Part shown: positions 27,879-38,145 of the stretch, piece by piece
Position numbering within the stretch: the first letter of the stretch is position 1
Layout of the letters: every line of letters starts with the position of its first letter
From: an uncultured virus (IMG/VR IMGVR_UViG_3300034106_003629)
Lineage: Duplodnaviria > Heunggongvirae > Uroviricota > Caudoviricetes
DNA length: 64,000 nt
Direction: 5' to 3' (one strand)
IMG/VR virus record: IMGVR_UViG_3300034106_003629
Position numbers and translations under genes: made by a program
The notes under the pieces: model-generated
Told to the model about the DNA's origin: nothing
Databases searched by the model: none
Seen by the model: the letters and a program-made list of their open reading frames with translations, nothing else

Positions 27879-30800
27879 CTAGGTGTTTTTTAATTTGTCA
27901 ACCTCTCTTCTTAACTCATCAATTTGTCCCTGCTGCTCCTTGATAGCCTCAATCAAAACTGCAACCATGTTCTGATATGCAACAGATTTAGTACCATCAG
28001 GAGCTTCATATACTAATTCAGGTAGTACTTTCTCAATCTCTTGTGCAATAACACCAATCTCACGTTCAGGTTGACCAATACGGTTAAAGTAAACACCTCT
28101 CAAATCAAGAACTTTATTAAGAGCATTACCAATACCAACAACATTTTCTTTCAGTTTCTCGTCAGAGTTTGCTGTAACTGTTCCTGAGAATGTTGCATTA
28201 CCAGCATTGTTGAGTCTGAGTCGTTCTTGTGGTGCAGAAGGACCAGAACCTTGGGTTCCAAAGATAATAGCAAATTGACCTGAGGTTCCTTCAGATACAC
28301 CTTTGATGTATCCACGCTCACCATCATTACCAATATCTCTACCTTCAAACTTCAATCCACCATAAAAATACGAAGCATTAAGTGCCTGGTCAGTTTGCTG
28401 GAATCTCAAATAATTACCATCAATATCACCAGTTGTGTCTGGATTTGTTGTAATTAAAACGTCATTTCTAAAGGTTGAAATACCAGTTACCCTTAAGGTA
28501 TTAAGATTAACTTGTTGGTTAAAGGTACTAATACCTGTATTAACTAAGAATCCATTGGTAATATTCCAAGTTAGCGATGAGGCTCTAAATTCAACGTTAT
28601 TTTCAAATAATGTTTGACCAGCAACATAAAGGGAATAACCAGCTTTTGCAGAAGTAGTCTCAATACCGACATTGGTTGTTGTTGAAATACCAACTCCATC
28701 AAATACCCAAACGTCAGATACGTTACTTAATCCAGAACCATCTCCCTTAAATGCTCCACTCCATAAACCAACATAATAATTATCACCACCAGATTGAATA
28801 GGTCCAAACTTTTTCCAATTATTATCATTGGTATAAACCCATCCAATTTCTCCACCTGATGGTGGTTCTGCATCATATACAACGTTGCCAACGTTCCCTG
28901 CAATTAATGGCGTACCAATGCCTGTGGTATACTCTCTAGCAATAATTTGATCACCCTGAATAAGCAAACTATTTGCTTCAACAGAATTATTAATTGTTAC
29001 TTTTTCATTAAATACTGCTGGACCATTAAATTCCGAGATAATATTATTGTCCTTTCCACCATCAACCTTTAATCCCCTATTAATAGTTAATTGTTCAGTA
29101 GAACCAACATCAAATCCAATAGCATCACTATTGCTTGTAAGGTCCTCTCCTCTTACTGTTGGAATTGGAGCATTAGTAATTAAATCTTGTCCAGTAGCAC
29201 CACTTGTAAATTTAGTTACTGTATATGCATTACCCTTATCATCCAATCCATTATAAAATGGAGTACCACCATTATCAGATACTGATTGTGATAGAATTCT
29301 TTCAACACTTCTAAACTGTCTATCTTGTCTCTCTGGTAAAGCAGTTGAATAGTTACCAGGTCCAAATCCAAGATATTCAAAAGTGTGTCCAGATGCACGA
29401 ATAATAGAGTTTCTTCTAAATTCTACTGGTTTAAATCTAACTTTTCTAATAACAGACCCAACAACGTGAGTTTGTTTTTGAGTTCCAAATAATCCACGGA
29501 AGACATCAATTGCAGTATTAGAAGTAATTGACTCACTAATACGCATAATTTCATTATCTAGAACCAGATAATCACCAATATCCCAACCCATATGAGTGGC
29601 ATTGGTGACAGTCAAAGTATTAATTGTAGGATCAGTTAAAGCAACATTTAAAGTTGTAGTGATACCAGCGTACTGATAAACAAGTCTTGAAGATGCTGCT
29701 TCATCAGCAAAATCAATTGCACTATTTTGAGCACTAAATCCTATTGGATAAACTCTTCCAGATCCAGATGCAATTGCAGTTGTTGTACCTACTCCAACCT
29801 TTACAGCAAAACTACTTACATTATAAACTTCTGTTATTGTAAATTCACCGTTGTAAATATTCTGGTTGAATCCACCAAATTTAATTCTATTACCAACCAA
29901 GAATCCATGAGAATTTGAAGTGATAACACTTGCAATTCCAGTCACATTATTATAATTTAACGAAGAGATTCCAACAGACTCACCAGTGACGTAGGCAGTA
30001 ACGTCAGAAAGAACAGTAGCATTAACGTTACTCAGTCCATTAGTGTTAATACCAGTAATTGGTTGTGGACCAAGGAATTGATCTCTAGCATAAACTGTTG
30101 ACGCAGATGATACTCTAACATTTTGATCATCACCAGTTGCAATACTCTCAATTTTATAAACATTATTGTAATCAGTAAAACGACTGTCACGAATACCATC
30201 AATTTTAATTACATCACCAACGCTATTATGAATATTTAAAACTGTTACATAACCAGGAACCCATCCAGTAGTAGTTCCTACACCAACAACTGCTAATGTA
30301 TTACCAATTCCAAAAGCAGAACCACCGTCTACAATTTTAATTCCAGTAATCGCACCTGCAGAATCAATTTCAATGTTTGCAGTAGCATATTTTCCAGTTG
30401 TAGAACCAGCAAATCCTACCAGTCTTGCATTATACAACGTTTGAATGCTTCCAGATCCATCACCATAATTTACACCAGCACTAGTAATTCCAACTCTAGT
30501 AATATAATTTAATCCATGATCTTTTTGAGTTGTAAGTGTGTGAGATATTCCAGAACTTGAATGTATCTCAACAATTCCAAATCCAACAACAAAATCACGA
30601 ATATTCTTATTAATAACCTCTTTTGTAATACTATTCTGTGGGTTATTAATCTCAGTTAGTCCAAGTGGTGTTGGTAGAGCAAACGTTCTAGTCTGATCTG
30701 GATCGGAATCTGGATTATCTCTATCAAGTTGTGGGTATAAATTTTTAACTGGTTGAGAGAATCTAAGATTTTGGAATGGAGATACTTGAGGTGAAGATGA

Positions 30801-33707
30801 TGAATCAAGAATAGTTAAATGATAAACTCCATCTTTTGCATTTGGAACATATTCCTGGACTGCTTCCTTTCTATAAATGTAGAACGTATTACTAAATTCT
30901 TTTCTCTCATATCTGGGCAGATTTGTTGTTCTCTGATTAATATTATTAGAGAATGTTCCTGGATTGGTAGTAATACCAACTGTAAATTCTCTCCGTGTAG
31001 GACTTGATACAACAGTATAAACGCCATTAAATCCAGTATTTCCTAATCCACTTGTGTTTGCTGTTGATACAATGTTAAAAACTTGAACTTTAGAACCAAC
31101 AGACAGTTCATGTGGTGTATCTGTCGTAAACGTCGCTAATCCAACAATTCCGTCCCAGGTAGCACCCGAAATAAATCTAGGATTTCTTAATTCTGAAGTA
31201 TTAGATAGGACAGCTGGCGCAATACTTTTAAACTTAGCAACCTCTGCATTAGTAAATCCAGTTGTATTGCTGGACTCCTGCATAATAAATGCATCTTCTG
31301 GAGGTCTACCAAGAACACTTGAATCTCTTGGAATTACATACCTTACTTTGTAAATTCGATCTTCAAGAGCTCTATTATCAGGAGTTCTAGTAATAAATGT
31401 TTTTGGAGTTGCCCTACCAAGGGATGCTGTTCCAAGACCAACAATCGTACTATAAATTGAGTTATTAGTAGAACTTACCGTAATAAACCATTGACCAATA
31501 GCACTATCATATTGTATTGGGTGCCCAACGTCACCAGACTTTTTATCAGATACTCTAGATTCAATCTGAAGAATACCACCTTTACTATTAACAGTGATAG
31601 CAGACAAACTTACAGTGTCATTAAATGTTTGTGCTAATTTAATCTGATCACTATTAATTCCAGCAGTAATTGCATAATAAAGTTGATTGTGCCTCAAACC
31701 ATCAGGAAGTTCACCATCATCACTTAAAATACGTACAGATTCACCATTAATAAATTGGTGAGGTTGAGTTGCTGTAAAGATATTAGAGGTAATACTATTA
31801 ATACCAATTGCTGTTCTACCTACAGTAGATAATTTTGTAGCAGATACCTCATAATTACCAGTTCCCTGTGTCTCTGGCATTACAATTACAGATTCTTTGG
31901 TAACACCAATGTTACCAATATTAATAACAACTTTTAATTTGTCCTGATTTTTCGCACCAATTCGATATCCTTCTAATACTGATTTTGGTGGTATATTTCT
32001 ATTGGTCTCATTATAAAGATAAAGTCTAGAAGTATTACCTACAGAAATTGTTTTCTCAACGTCAATAGGAGCAAATTCAATAGTTATTTCATTATTATCA
32101 ACTCTTTGTGGTGGTAAAATATGGGTAATATATCCAGTATCATCTCTTGGGAAAGCGTCATTTCTGAATCCTCTACAAACAATTGCCTTTGCACCAAAGT
32201 TTGAGTTGGAGTTTGTAATCGAATGGTCTCCACCAGATTCTGCAACAAAGTGATTTGCATATCCAATAGCAAACACAGAAACTAGTTGAAGGAATGCATC
32301 ATTTGATGCTTTAATATGGAAGTTTTCGTATGCTGGTTTATATACTGCAGAAGAATTGGTATGAAGGTTTGAAACAGCAGTAGAATCTTCATAAACACCA
32401 GATACTGCATTATATTTTACAAATGCATTATCGTCTTTCTGTAGTCCAATACCAGTGAACTGAGCAACCACCATGGATTTAAATCCATCAGCTTTGCTAC
32501 CATCCGCATGAAGTCCACACATTCCATAAACGGAACGTAAAGAACAATTGAAGATATATGGAGATGCAGAAGTAACACTGTCAACTACAATATTAAGAGT
32601 TGGAGCACCTGATACAATAGCAGGAAGAGGATTTACAGGTGCTGTAGAAACCTCATAAGTAACCCGAGTTGTAGATTCTACAGTTTTTACAACATAAGAA
32701 CCATTGTATCCACCACTAGGAATACCTTCAATTCTAATCGGAGTATCTACATCCAATCCATCAACAGATTCAACAAGATCTACTGTAATTTTCTTACTGG
32801 AAGTTACACCATCACCTGCTCTGATACTAGAAATTCCAATATTTTGACCTTTAGAACCAACAATTCGGAATTCATCAATTTTTGATTGAACATCAATTGC
32901 AGCACTTGGATAATCAGGTGAAATAGATCTTCCACTAGAAGGACCATATACTAAACCGATTTTTTCATAATAAATGTCAAGGTCGGTTCTAGTCGTATTG
33001 TAATTTAAATAAGTATCATTAAATTTTACAGGATTTACACCATCCGCATATTCAAAACAAGTTAGTTTATGGTGAGAGAAGTTGGGAACAAACTTTGATG
33101 TGCCATAATCTTTATATACATTTGAGTTTGGATCCGCATCAAAAAATGTAAACTGATAAAAATAACAAGTACCAGTTACTCGAAATAAACAAGTTGAATC
33201 AACTGTATTGTCTTGAGGACTTGGAACAAACCTTGGACGAATCTTTGTTTTACGAAGATCCATACCAACGATTGATGTGCCACGAGGAATGATAACTCCA
33301 CCATAAACGGAGTTCATTTTATAAAGATCATTCTCTGGAGAATCAATGTCAAAATCAGAATTTAAAGTAAATTCTGTGAGGTCATTAGAAGATGCACCAC
33401 TTCTAGTTAACCAATTATTACCAGAAATAGGAGCGTCATGTACAGGAATCCATCCTGGTCTATTGTCGATTACATGTTCGCCAGGATAAACAATGATAGT
33501 TGTTCTACTAAATCTATCATTATCAAATCCTTTTTGATATGAGAATCTTGCTGCCTCAATCAGTGCCCTTTGAATTGTTTTAAAAGGTCTAACTAATGAG
33601 TTACCTTGGTTTTCAATACTATCTGTAGAGTCTATACTGGAAGGATCGACGTATAGAATATCGCCTCTACTATTTTTCAGAAAATTATCTAAGCGACTAA
33701 GACCCAT
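27879..33707 (-). CDS. Large virion structural/tail fibre protein with C-terminal intramolecular chaperone (peptidase S74-like)
   Basis: 1942 aa; N-terminal RPFKTIQRALIEAAR; beta-rich repeats; SDEKLKEN...IGVIAQEIEKVLPELV...coiled coil. Confidence 0.85.
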   Translation of the reverse strand: MGLSRLDNFLKNSRGDILYVDPSSIDSTDSIENQGNSLVRPFKTIQRALIEAARFSYQKGFDNDRFSRTTIIVYPGEHVIDNRPGWIPVHDAPISGNNWLTRSGASSNDLTEFTLNSDFDIDSPENDLYKMNSVYGGVIIPRGTSIVGMDLRKTKIRPRFVPSPQDNTVDSTCLFRVTGTCYFYQFTFFDADPNSNVYKDYGTSKFVPNFSHHKLTCFEYADGVNPVKFNDTYLNYNTTRTDLDIYYEKIGLVYGPSSGRSISPDYPSAAIDVQSKIDEFRIVGSKGQNIGISSIRAGDGVTSSKKITVDLVESVDGLDVDTPIRIEGIPSGGYNGSYVVKTVESTTRVTYEVSTAPVNPLPAIVSGAPTLNIVVDSVTSASPYIFNCSLRSVYGMCGLHADGSKADGFKSMVVAQFTGIGLQKDDNAFVKYNAVSGVYEDSTAVSNLHTNSSAVYKPAYENFHIKASNDAFLQLVSVFAIGYANHFVAESGGDHSITNSNSNFGAKAIVCRGFRNDAFPRDDTGYITHILPPQRVDNNEITIEFAPIDVEKTISVGNTSRLYLYNETNRNIPPKSVLEGYRIGAKNQDKLKVVINIGNIGVTKESVIVMPETQGTGNYEVSATKLSTVGRTAIGINSITSNIFTATQPHQFINGESVRILSDDGELPDGLRHNQLYYAITAGINSDQIKLAQTFNDTVSLSAITVNSKGGILQIESRVSDKKSGDVGHPIQYDSAIGQWFITVSSTNNSIYSTIVGLGTASLGRATPKTFITRTPDNRALEDRIYKVRYVIPRDSSVLGRPPEDAFIMQESSNTTGFTNAEVAKFKSIAPAVLSNTSELRNPRFISGATWDGIVGLATFTTDTPHELSVGSKVQVFNIVSTANTSGLGNTGFNGVYTVVSSPTRREFTVGITTNPGTFSNNINQRTTNLPRYERKEFSNTFYIYRKEAVQEYVPNAKDGVYHLTILDSSSSPQVSPFQNLRFSQPVKNLYPQLDRDNPDSDPDQTRTFALPTPLGLTEINNPQNSITKEVINKNIRDFVVGFGIVEIHSSSGISHTLTTQKDHGLNYITRVGITSAGVNYGDGSGSIQTLYNARLVGFAGSTTGKYATANIEIDSAGAITGIKIVDGGSAFGIGNTLAVVGVGTTTGWVPGYVTVLNIHNSVGDVIKIDGIRDSRFTDYNNVYKIESIATGDDQNVRVSSASTVYARDQFLGPQPITGINTNGLSNVNATVLSDVTAYVTGESVGISSLNYNNVTGIASVITSNSHGFLVGNRIKFGGFNQNIYNGEFTITEVYNVSSFAVKVGVGTTTAIASGSGRVYPIGFSAQNSAIDFADEAASSRLVYQYAGITTTLNVALTDPTINTLTVTNATHMGWDIGDYLVLDNEIMRISESITSNTAIDVFRGLFGTQKQTHVVGSVIRKVRFKPVEFRRNSIIRASGHTFEYLGFGPGNYSTALPERQDRQFRSVERILSQSVSDNGGTPFYNGLDDKGNAYTVTKFTSGATGQDLITNAPIPTVRGEDLTSNSDAIGFDVGSTEQLTINRGLKVDGGKDNNIISEFNGPAVFNEKVTINNSVEANSLLIQGDQIIAREYTTGIGTPLIAGNVGNVVYDAEPPSGGEIGWVYTNDNNWKKFGPIQSGGDNYYVGLWSGAFKGDGSGLSNVSDVWVFDGVGISTTTNVGIETTSAKAGYSLYVAGQTLFENNVEFRASSLTWNITNGFLVNTGISTFNQQVNLNTLRVTGISTFRNDVLITTNPDTTGDIDGNYLRFQQTDQALNASYFYGGLKFEGRDIGNDGERGYIKGVSEGTSGQFAIIFGTQGSGPSAPQERLRLNNAGNATFSGTVTANSDEKLKENVVGIGNALNKVLDLRGVYFNRIGQPEREIGVIAQEIEKVLPELVYEAPDGTKSVAYQNMVAVLIEAIKEQQGQIDELRREVDKLKNT

Positions 33708-33734
33708 TTTATTACTCTAGGATGGCTACTATGA

Positions 33735-33744
33735 TTTATTTATT
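33735..33744 (-). promoter_or_regulatory. T4-type late promoter-like motif
   Basis: AATAAATAAA about 30 nt upstream of the fibre ATG; similar TAAATA motifs precede 14447, 36731, 44052, 50354 and 62033 on minus, and 51330 on plus. Confidence 0.55.
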
Positions 33745-33771
33745 CATAGTAAAAACCATAAACAGAGGGTA

Positions 33772-33933
33772 TTATTTTGCTAACATATACTCAACAGTAT
33801 TTGCAACATCGTTCATAGCATCACGTAAATCAGGTCTTTGACCAGATTCTTGTCTTAAAATAGGTCGGGAATCATCAACAAGGGTCCAACGCCATTGACC
33901 CATTTCTTTGCAGTGCCAAAGATTAATTTTCAT
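33772..33933 (-). CDS. Small hypothetical protein (not in ORF track)
   Basis: MKINLWHCKEMGQWRWTLVDDSRPILRQESGQRPDLRDAMNDVANTVEYMLAK. Confidence 0.6.
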   Translation of the reverse strand: MKINLWHCKEMGQWRWTLVDDSRPILRQESGQRPDLRDAMNDVANTVEYMLAK

Positions 33934-35029
33934 ATGCAGGATTACTCCAATCGTTAGTAAAAGATCTAAGATATTCTATTTTTTCTAACATTTCTTGACT
34001 ATCAAGAACAAATTCTTCATTAGCAAAATGAAGTTTGCAGTTGTGTTCTAATGCAAGATTCATTATATATGTTCTTCTGGATTTGTCATCAGGTAAAGAA
34101 AAAATACTAAACAAAATGATATGATCTAAATTTGTATGTTTTATAGAATACTCTAAAAATGAGTGATTTCTTCCTTCATTATCTCCAGTTTGATGTGGAA
34201 ATTTATAACCCATCCTAGAACAATACTCCCTAACAGTTAATGTCTGAAAGTATAAATCAATATGTTTGGTTTTAAATCCTTCATATTCTGCATAGGTTAC
34301 CACATTTTCATGTGGTAAAATTTCAATCTTGCGAGACTGAATATCTGTATCATGCAATCTTCTAAAGTATGCCCCTGGCCATTTTCGATGAGGTTGTCCA
34401 TCTCTTAGTAATAATCTTACATCAATACTCATTCTAGTTTTTCCAGTTCTATTTGGTACTCCACCATGAATATTTTCTTGAGTAAAAAGTAAAAATGTTC
34501 CAGGAGACATATTTACTGGATAACATTCTTGAGTACAAACCTCTTCTAGTTTTTCATGAGACCATTTTTCTTTCTCAGACATACGAGTAATTTCTCTACT
34601 CTTATCAATTCCAATAATTTGGAGTGAATTTGTATCAAAAGTTTCTGTAAAAGGTAACCAAACAGTTCTTAATCCGAGACCATTACCAACCCATCTACCT
34701 TGATGGAATGGAAGAACAGTCCCATTCTTATCTTGATTGGGAATTGTTGCCCTAATATTACCAAATTTTTGTATAAGAATATCAGTATTTAACTGCGGAA
34801 CAACATATTCTTCTACCATCCTATCAAATAAAATATAAAAATCAGTATCAACAAGATCTTTAGTTAAATGTTTTACTAGTTCTCCAATAGAATTTGAAGA
34901 TACATGTTCATGGAGATATTGAAGATCTTTTACTTCTGGGTAATATTTTTGAACTAGAGATAACAAAATATCCCCAAAAGGATATTTGTTCATATCATAT
35001 TGATTGTGAGTAGCGTCAAATATAAGCAT
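33923..35029 (-). CDS. Fusion: PhyH-like 2OG-Fe(II) oxygenase + resolvase-like 'sporadic carbohydrate cluster' domain
   Basis: PFHQG...VWLPFT...NIHGGVPNRTGKTRMSIDVR, then QTLTVREYC...ILFSIFSLP...LHFANE. Confidence 0.6.
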   Translation of the reverse strand: MLIFDATHNQYDMNKYPFGDILLSLVQKYYPEVKDLQYLHEHVSSNSIGELVKHLTKDLVDTDFYILFDRMVEEYVVPQLNTDILIQKFGNIRATIPNQDKNGTVLPFHQGRWVGNGLGLRTVWLPFTETFDTNSLQIIGIDKSREITRMSEKEKWSHEKLEEVCTQECYPVNMSPGTFLLFTQENIHGGVPNRTGKTRMSIDVRLLLRDGQPHRKWPGAYFRRLHDTDIQSRKIEILPHENVVTYAEYEGFKTKHIDLYFQTLTVREYCSRMGYKFPHQTGDNEGRNHSFLEYSIKHTNLDHIILFSIFSLPDDKSRRTYIMNLALEHNCKLHFANEEFVLDSQEMLEKIEYLRSFTNDWSNPAYEN

Positions 35030-35045
35030 ATCTATTCTTAGTCTA

Positions 35046-35117
35046 AGCCCCCGACTGGATTTGAACCAGCGACCAACGGTTTACAAAACCGTTGCTCTAC
35101 CACTGAGCTACAAGGGC
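35046..35117 (-). tRNA. tRNA-Thr(UGU)
   Basis: GCCCTTGTAGCTCAGTGGTAGAGC...loop TT-TGT-AA...GGTTCAAATCC; no encoded CCA. Confidence 0.95.
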
Positions 35118-35118
35118 A

Positions 35119-35406
35119 TTAATAATCATCTAGTTCTGCTAAAACCTCAGGATTTTCTAAATCCATTTCAAAAAAACACGGATGTGCTTCTTCCATTATT
35201 AAGTATGCAGAAGCTCTGAATAAATCTTCTGCAGTATATGTAAGGTTATTATTAGCTTCAATAATAGTAGATGGGTCTGCTTCTTCCTCTTCGGTTAAAT
35301 CATCCCAAGTGAACGGTATAGAATTAACAAAGTACATCATAACAACGTTCTTTATATTTATTTCTGGAGAATGCCAGCAATAAGCTTTGGTGATTCTAAG
35401 CTTCAT
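35119..35406 (-). CDS. Conserved hypothetical protein
   Basis: 95 aa between tRNAs; PFTWD...YLIMEEAHP. Confidence 0.65.
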   Translation of the reverse strand: MKLRITKAYCWHSPEINIKNVVMMYFVNSIPFTWDDLTEEEEADPSTIIEANNNLTYTAEDLFRASAYLIMEEAHPCFFEMDLENPEVLAELDDY

Positions 35407-35481
35407 TCTCTACACCGTTTCTTTATATTTAGTTTAAGGAAGGCGGAGAGTTATACTCAATCCCTTTAATATTCCTTCCAG

Positions 35482-35564
35482 TAGGAGCGGGGGGACTTGA
35501 ACCCCCACAGGCAATGCCCGACAGATTTTAAGTCTGGTGTGTCTACCGATTCCACCACGCTCCC
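35482..35564 (-). tRNA. tRNA-Leu(UAA)
   Basis: GGGAGCGTGGTGGAATCGGTAGACAC...CT-TAA-AA, long variable arm, GGTTCAAGTCC. Confidence 0.95.
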
Positions 35565-35572
35565 ATAAGAAC

Positions 35573-35776
35573 TTACACCTTGTAAGTGGGTGGATGATAC
35601 TTCAAATATTCCCTAAAAGTCATTTTCATTTCTTTTTGGGTCATACCACAGTGTTTTGCTGCAGCAGGAAGTGTCATCGTACAATTGAAGAGACCTTTGT
35701 TTGCTTCCTTGACATTCTCTGGAGTTGTCTTTACAGGCATTTCAAATAGGTCAATATAAAGTGGTTTTGTTTTCAT
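35573..35776 (-). CDS. Small hypothetical protein (HTH-like segment)
   Basis: MTLPAAAKHCGMTQKEMK. Confidence 0.6.
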   Translation of the reverse strand: MKTKPLYIDLFEMPVKTTPENVKEANKGLFNCTMTLPAAAKHCGMTQKEMKMTFREYLKYHPPTYKV

Positions 35777-35810
35777 AAGTATTAAGTTTGTAAATCCCCA
35801 ATTAAGGGGA

Positions 35811-35881
35811 AGCGAATGACGGGGATCGAACCCGTGACACCAACTTGGAAGGATGGGATGTTACCGCTACACCACATTCGC
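35811..35881 (-). tRNA. tRNA-Gly(UCC)
   Basis: GCGAATGTGGTGTAGCGGTAACA...CT-TCC-AA...GGTTCGATCCC. Confidence 0.93.
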
Positions 35882-35943
35882 AGATGTAATCATTAAGAGA
35901 TCTAAACTGAGATTTGGGCGACCCCTCAACTGATTACCCTTAT

Positions 35944-35972
35944 ATTATAGGGCATTGGTTCTGAGGTGTCAA
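35944..35972 (-). promoter_or_regulatory. Consensus sigma70 promoter driving the tRNA cluster
   Basis: TTGACA-17 nt-TATAAT. Confidence 0.9.
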
Positions 35973-35978
35973 CCCCCC

Positions 35979-36731
35979 CTACCAAGGTCCACCGTATGCT
36001 GGATCATTGGCATAACCAAGAGCCTCATTGAGTTCGGTTAATCTTTCAATATTTTCTTGCAGTTGCCTGTTAAGACCCCAAACTTGCAATTCATATTCTC
36101 CTTTTATCTTTTGTGTTGCTGTAGCAATACTATTCTGAGAAGACACTGTACCAATTCCAGAATTATATTGAGATATAAGAGAACTTACATCTACTGCAGG
36201 ACCAATAATATCAAACACCTTTCCTAACTCAGATCCACCATTTTGAAATAGTCTTGTGCTTACACCAAGTCCAACATTAGAAGATGTAACAGTGACATAT
36301 CCCTCTCCATTAAATGGATAGTCGGACCCATAATTTCCTCCAGAAATTTTTGGGTAATCATAAGATTTAAGAACATCTGCTGTAATTGTCCCATATGCAA
36401 TAATTACAGACCCCAATCCAACAATACCTAAAGATGAAGCAGTAGCAGTTCCTACTCCAGATACAACACTTCCATATTGAGAGCTAATATTTGCCGTACT
36501 AGAACCATATCTTGTCGTTAATAAACCAGTATTCCCACCAATAGCAACAATTTGGACTTTAATTGCATTTGCAGCATTTACAGTATTTAAACTTTGCTGA
36601 GCAGCATTTGCAGATGGTCCATTAAAAGCATCTCTTAAAGAAGAGGCAATAGAAATTCTTTGTGGCAATATTTGATTTTGCCTTAAAAGAGTTTCCTTAT
36701 CTTCTTGTAATTTAGTTACAACAATTCCCAT
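35979..36731 (-). CDS. Hypothetical, probably virion protein
   Basis: Gly/Ser/Thr-rich core with terminal helices; late-promoter-like motif upstream. Confidence 0.55.
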   Translation of the reverse strand: MGIVVTKLQEDKETLLRQNQILPQRISIASSLRDAFNGPSANAAQQSLNTVNAANAIKVQIVAIGGNTGLLTTRYGSSTANISSQYGSVVSGVGTATASSLGIVGLGSVIIAYGTITADVLKSYDYPKISGGNYGSDYPFNGEGYVTVTSSNVGLGVSTRLFQNGGSELGKVFDIIGPAVDVSSLISQYNSGIGTVSSQNSIATATQKIKGEYELQVWGLNRQLQENIERLTELNEALGYANDPAYGGPW

Positions 36732-36761
36732 AAATCATTATATGTATTTTCTATATTTATT

Positions 36762-37502
36762 GTGAAAGTTGCTCTATTATTAACTGGATATATGAGGAAT
36801 TGGGAGAACCACTTCCAAAACATAAAAACCAATATTATTGACAAATATTCAACTGATGTATACATCAGTTCTTACAGTTATTCTGAACTTTACATGGGTT
36901 CTGATATAGTTCAGATAGATGTAGATGACATAATAAAGAAATATAATCCAAAAAATTATTTGTTTAGAGATAAAGAAACTCTTCCAGAATTTAAATTCAA
37001 ATCAAATGGATTAGAGATAAATGGAAGAGAATGGTCATATAGAATATTAAGACAATGGTATACAAATTATCTGGGATTACGAATATTTGATCCTAGAGAA
37101 TATAATATTGTAATTAAATGCAGAGCAGACTTCTCTATAAAAAACTTTCACCTTCAAACAAATAAAGACTTGGTTTTGCCTGTGTGGAAGGTTCATCCAG
37201 GTCCATGCAATCCAGAAGATTCATATGTGGATTACTTTGCACATGGAAATGGATATTGGATGAAAAAATATCTTAAATTGTATGAAAAAACAAAAGAGAT
37301 GCATGATAATGATTGGGGTGATGTCTCCTTGGGAGAAACCCTAATCAAATCATACATCGATAGGTATATTGGTTCTGAACATATCACATTAGATTATGAT
37401 ATGGATTGGAAGATGAGAGATGAACCTTGGATGTCTGAGGTCCAGAACATTTATAAAAAACACGACCCTCTCAAAGTTGTAACCATTGAGAAGGATGTGT
37501 AG
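36762..37502 (+). CDS. Putative glycosyltransferase-like protein
   Basis: MKVALLLTGYMR...DVYISSY...YNIVIKCRADF...DYFAHG...GETLI pattern of phage/NCLDV GT-like proteins. Confidence 0.55.
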   Translation: MKVALLLTGYMRNWENHFQNIKTNIIDKYSTDVYISSYSYSELYMGSDIVQIDVDDIIKKYNPKNYLFRDKETLPEFKFKSNGLEINGREWSYRILRQWYTNYLGLRIFDPREYNIVIKCRADFSIKNFHLQTNKDLVLPVWKVHPGPCNPEDSYVDYFAHGNGYWMKKYLKLYEKTKEMHDNDWGDVSLGETLIKSYIDRYIGSEHITLDYDMDWKMRDEPWMSEVQNIYKKHDPLKVVTIEKDV

Positions 37503-38145
37503 AACCCTGATGGTAATCTGGATTTTGTGGTTTTAAAGTAACACGAATATCACCAGGAATCACAAGACGTTCACCCTTTCTCTCAGTAAACTTTTGAGTA
37601 AAGTGCCCAATTTTACTTGGAAAAATTACTACACTACCCTCGATAGGGGTAATACTATAAACATTACAATTATAACGATTATATCCAGTGATTAAATTCT
37701 TTTGTAGTGCCTCAGTGAACATATCACCAACACATTCATTAGGATTTTTTTCTTGTGCTACGCAAAATTTATCAGAAGTCTCATCAGTTTTAACATAATA
37801 AACAAAACTCAAATCTGATGCATTATGATTATGGGGTTTAATTGATGGTGTATCATCATCTTTATGGTATCCAACCCAAGACTTGATGATATGATAATCA
37901 AGTTTTGAATAGTCCACATTAAGATATCCAAAATAATTATCTACATGACTGCGAAGTTCTTCAAAAAATGGACGATAAATCTCATTTTGGTGTGCAAAAA
38001 TCCTACCAGAATACTCTGGACTTTCGTTTTGATAACCATCAAACCAATAATCACGAAGTTCTTCCAAGTAAATCTTAATTTTATCCTGGGACTCCACCAT
38101 TCCCTGATAAACAATCAGAGGGAATGCTTCATGTACTCGGTGCAT
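37471..38145 (-). CDS. 2OG-Fe(II) oxygenase (TIGR02466-like)
   Basis: KSWV...PHNH...SFVYY...PIEGSVVIFPSKIGH...ERLVI. Confidence 0.8.
   Translation of the reverse strand: MHRVHEAFPLIVYQGMVESQDKIKIYLEELRDYWFDGYQNESPEYSGRIFAHQNEIYRPFFEELRSHVDNYFGYLNVDYSKLDYHIIKSWVGYHKDDDTPSIKPHNHNASDLSFVYYVKTDETSDKFCVAQEKNPNECVGDMFTEALQKNLITGYNRYNCNVYSITPIEGSVVIFPSKIGHFTQKFTERKGERLVIPGDIRVTLKPQNPDYHQGSTHPSQWLQL

Noticed and set aside
27879..33707. Diversity-generating retroelement acting on the fibre
   Set aside because: No reverse transcriptase and no template/variable repeat pair differing at adenines was seen
35..36000. Numerous plus-strand ORFs of 60-160 aa in the ORF track
   Set aside because: They are antisense shadows of well-supported minus-strand genes, lack RBS or motifs, and have non-protein-like composition
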